Positions 62,456 to 64,000 of a stretch of 64,000 nt of DNA are shown here, piece by piece. Location: the NCBI GenBank assembly GCA_965242855.1, contig OZ251509.1, positions 126,869-190,868 on the forward strand, given 5' to 3'. The notes beneath the pieces were generated by a model. That model had not been told where the DNA came from and searched no databases. It saw only the letters and a program-made list of their open reading frames with translations. The number at the start of each line of letters is the position of its first letter. Within the stretch, counting starts at the first letter, position 1. Position numbers and translations under genes: made by a program. The stretch comes from Alphaproteobacteria bacterium (GTDB lineage: Bacteria; Pseudomonadota; Alphaproteobacteria; UBA828).

Positions 62456-62982
62456 CCGAACCGGCGCGGCGGCAGCCGGCGATCGTGGCGCGTGAGCCGC
62501 GCCCGGCGGTCGCGACGCGCGAGCCGCGTCCGGCGATTATCGTGCATGACCTCCGCCATGCCGAGGGCGCCTTGCGAGCGGCGCGGGCGACCGGCGTCCC
62601 CGTCACCCTGTGGTCGGCGCCGGGCGCCAGCGACTACGCAGGGCTCGGCTTCCTCGGCGCCGTCTTCGACCAGGCGGCGGCGGCGGTCCCCGAAGCCGTC
62701 CACGACGTGGTCGTCGATTGCGGCGCGAGCGTCGTCCTCGCCCACGAAGCGCTCCGGCGCGGCTTCCTCGGCGTGGCCTTCTCCGGCCGCGGGCGGATGC
62801 GCGCGGCGCTCGAAGCCGTCGCCGCCGCACAAGGCGGGCGGCTGAGCGCGGCGCGGCCGGGGCGCAGCGCCCTCGATCTGGGCCGGTCCGAAACGCCCGA
62901 GCGGGACTGCGCCGCCTGGCTGGCGGCAAAGGCGAAGCGGCGCATCGGCTCTAGCAAAAAGGCGGCGTCTCCGTCAGGATAG
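62452..62982 (+). CDS. Hypothetical protein between pgk and fba (ATGA-coupled to pgk)
   Basis: 176-aa ORF, no recognisable motif; position conserved-looking (coupled start). Confidence 0.4.
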   Translation: MTEPARRQPAIVAREPRPAVATREPRPAIIVHDLRHAEGALRAARATGVPVTLWSAPGASDYAGLGFLGAVFDQAAAAVPEAVHDVVVDCGASVVLAHEALRRGFLGVAFSGRGRMRAALEAVAAAQGGRLSAARPGRSALDLGRSETPERDCAAWLAAKAKRRIGSSKKAASPSG

Positions 62983-62986
62983 CAGC

Positions 62987-63910
62987 ATGAAGATCACCCG
63001 GCGCGTCGGGAAAATCCTCTCCTGGTACGAGAGCGACAACCCCGGCACCAAGGCCAATCTTGCCCGCATTCTGATGCACGGGCGGCTCGGCGGCACCGGG
63101 AGGCTGGTCGTCCTGCCGGTGGACCAGGGCTTCGAGCACGGGCCGGCCCGGAGTTTCGCGCCGAACCCGCCGGCCTATGACCCGCATTACCATTGGCGGC
63201 TCGCAATCGACGCCGGGCTCAGCGCCTTCGCGAGCCCGCTCGGCATGATCGAGGCGGGCGCCGACAGCTTCGCCGGCGCGATTCCGACGATCCTCAAGGT
63301 CAACAGCGCCAATTCCCTCGCTTCGACCAAGGACCAGGCGGTGACGGCGTCCGTGCGGGACGCGCTGCGGCTGGGCTGCGCCGCCATCGGCTTCACCATC
63401 TATCCCGGGTCCGAGCACCAGTACGAGATGATCGAGGAGATCCGGGAACTCGCCGCCGAGGCGAAGGCGCACGGCCTCGCGGTGGTCGTCTGGTCCTACC
63501 CCCGCGGCGGCGCGCTTTCGAAGGAGGGCGAGACGGCGCTCGACGTGGTGGCCTACGCGGCCCACATCGCGGCCCTGGCGGGCGCCCATGTCATCAAGGT
63601 GAAGCCGCCGACGGCCCATCTCGAACAGGAGGCCGCTGCCGCTTCCTACCGCGCGGGTGGCATCGGCGAAGGCGGGCTCCCGGCGCGGATCGCCCACGTC
63701 ATGCGGGCGGCCTTCGGCGGGCGCCGGCTGGTGGTCTTCTCCGGCGGCGCCGCGAAGGACCTGAACGGGCTCTACGAGGAGGTCCGCGCGATCCACGCCG
63801 GCGGGGGCAGCGGCTCGATCATCGGCCGCAACAGCTTCCAGCGCCCCCGCGACGAGGCCCTCGCCATGCTCGATACCATCACCGGCATCTACCGGGGCGG
63901 GAGAGGCTGA
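62987..63910 (+). CDS. fba: Class I fructose-bisphosphate aldolase
   Basis: MKITRRVGKILSWYESDNPGTKANLARILMHGRLGGTGRLVVLPVDQGFEHGP… characteristic of bacterial class I FBA; Schiff-base Lys in …AHVIKVKPP…. Confidence 0.9.
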   Translation: MKITRRVGKILSWYESDNPGTKANLARILMHGRLGGTGRLVVLPVDQGFEHGPARSFAPNPPAYDPHYHWRLAIDAGLSAFASPLGMIEAGADSFAGAIPTILKVNSANSLASTKDQAVTASVRDALRLGCAAIGFTIYPGSEHQYEMIEEIRELAAEAKAHGLAVVVWSYPRGGALSKEGETALDVVAYAAHIAALAGAHVIKVKPPTAHLEQEAAAASYRAGGIGEGGLPARIAHVMRAAFGGRRLVVFSGGAAKDLNGLYEEVRAIHAGGGSGSIIGRNSFQRPRDEALAMLDTITGIYRGGRG

Positions 63911-64000
63911 GTGGTGGCGATATCCCCTCTCACGGTGGACGAGAGACTCGACGCCACCGCGGCGCCAAGCGCCATGCTCCACATCTGTCTGACCGGGGCC

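Overview
This window is a high-GC (roughly 68-70%) chromosomal segment with alphaproteobacterial gene content. The housekeeping backbone includes an amino-acid ABC transporter (hisJ/Q/M-like), the yejABEF peptide ABC importer, a dapF-mtaB-ftsY operon, a Mo-hydroxylase coxM/S/L-like operon, thyX, and a tkt ... gap-pgk-hyp-fba central-carbon cluster. There are also two class III adenylate cyclases, several SDR/OYE/GMC oxidoreductases and assorted transporters. Several short lower-GC or repeat-rich accessory insertions interrupt the backbone: (i) a roughly 2.47 kb element bounded by 21-24 bp inverted repeats (1804-4272), inserted between hisM and its terminator, carrying an IS5-family (IS427-group) IS, a truncated IS1595-family transposase and a complete small type II R-M module (gamma-class MTase plus GIY-YIG nuclease); (ii) a second, BglII-like type II R-M module (N4C/N6A beta-class MTase plus BglII-family REase) immediately downstream of coxL; (iii) a 5'-truncated PD-(D/E)xK restriction-nuclease-like fragment; (iv) an orphan ureE-ureG Ni-chaperone pair divergent from the Mo-hydroxylase operon; (v) a family of palindromic REP/MITE-like repeats with promoter-like direct repeats (three loci); (vi) a secreted ankyrin-repeat protein gene with a degenerate second copy of its 3' end 15 kb away; (vii) an alpha/beta-hydrolase gene broken by a perfect 26-bp tandem duplication; (viii) a short AT-rich island upstream of gap. 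No rRNA, tRNA or CRISPR arrays were recognised. Start coordinates were refined by eye from the six-frame track (ATGA/GTGA overlaps, RBS-like GGAGG motifs) and may be off by a few codons.
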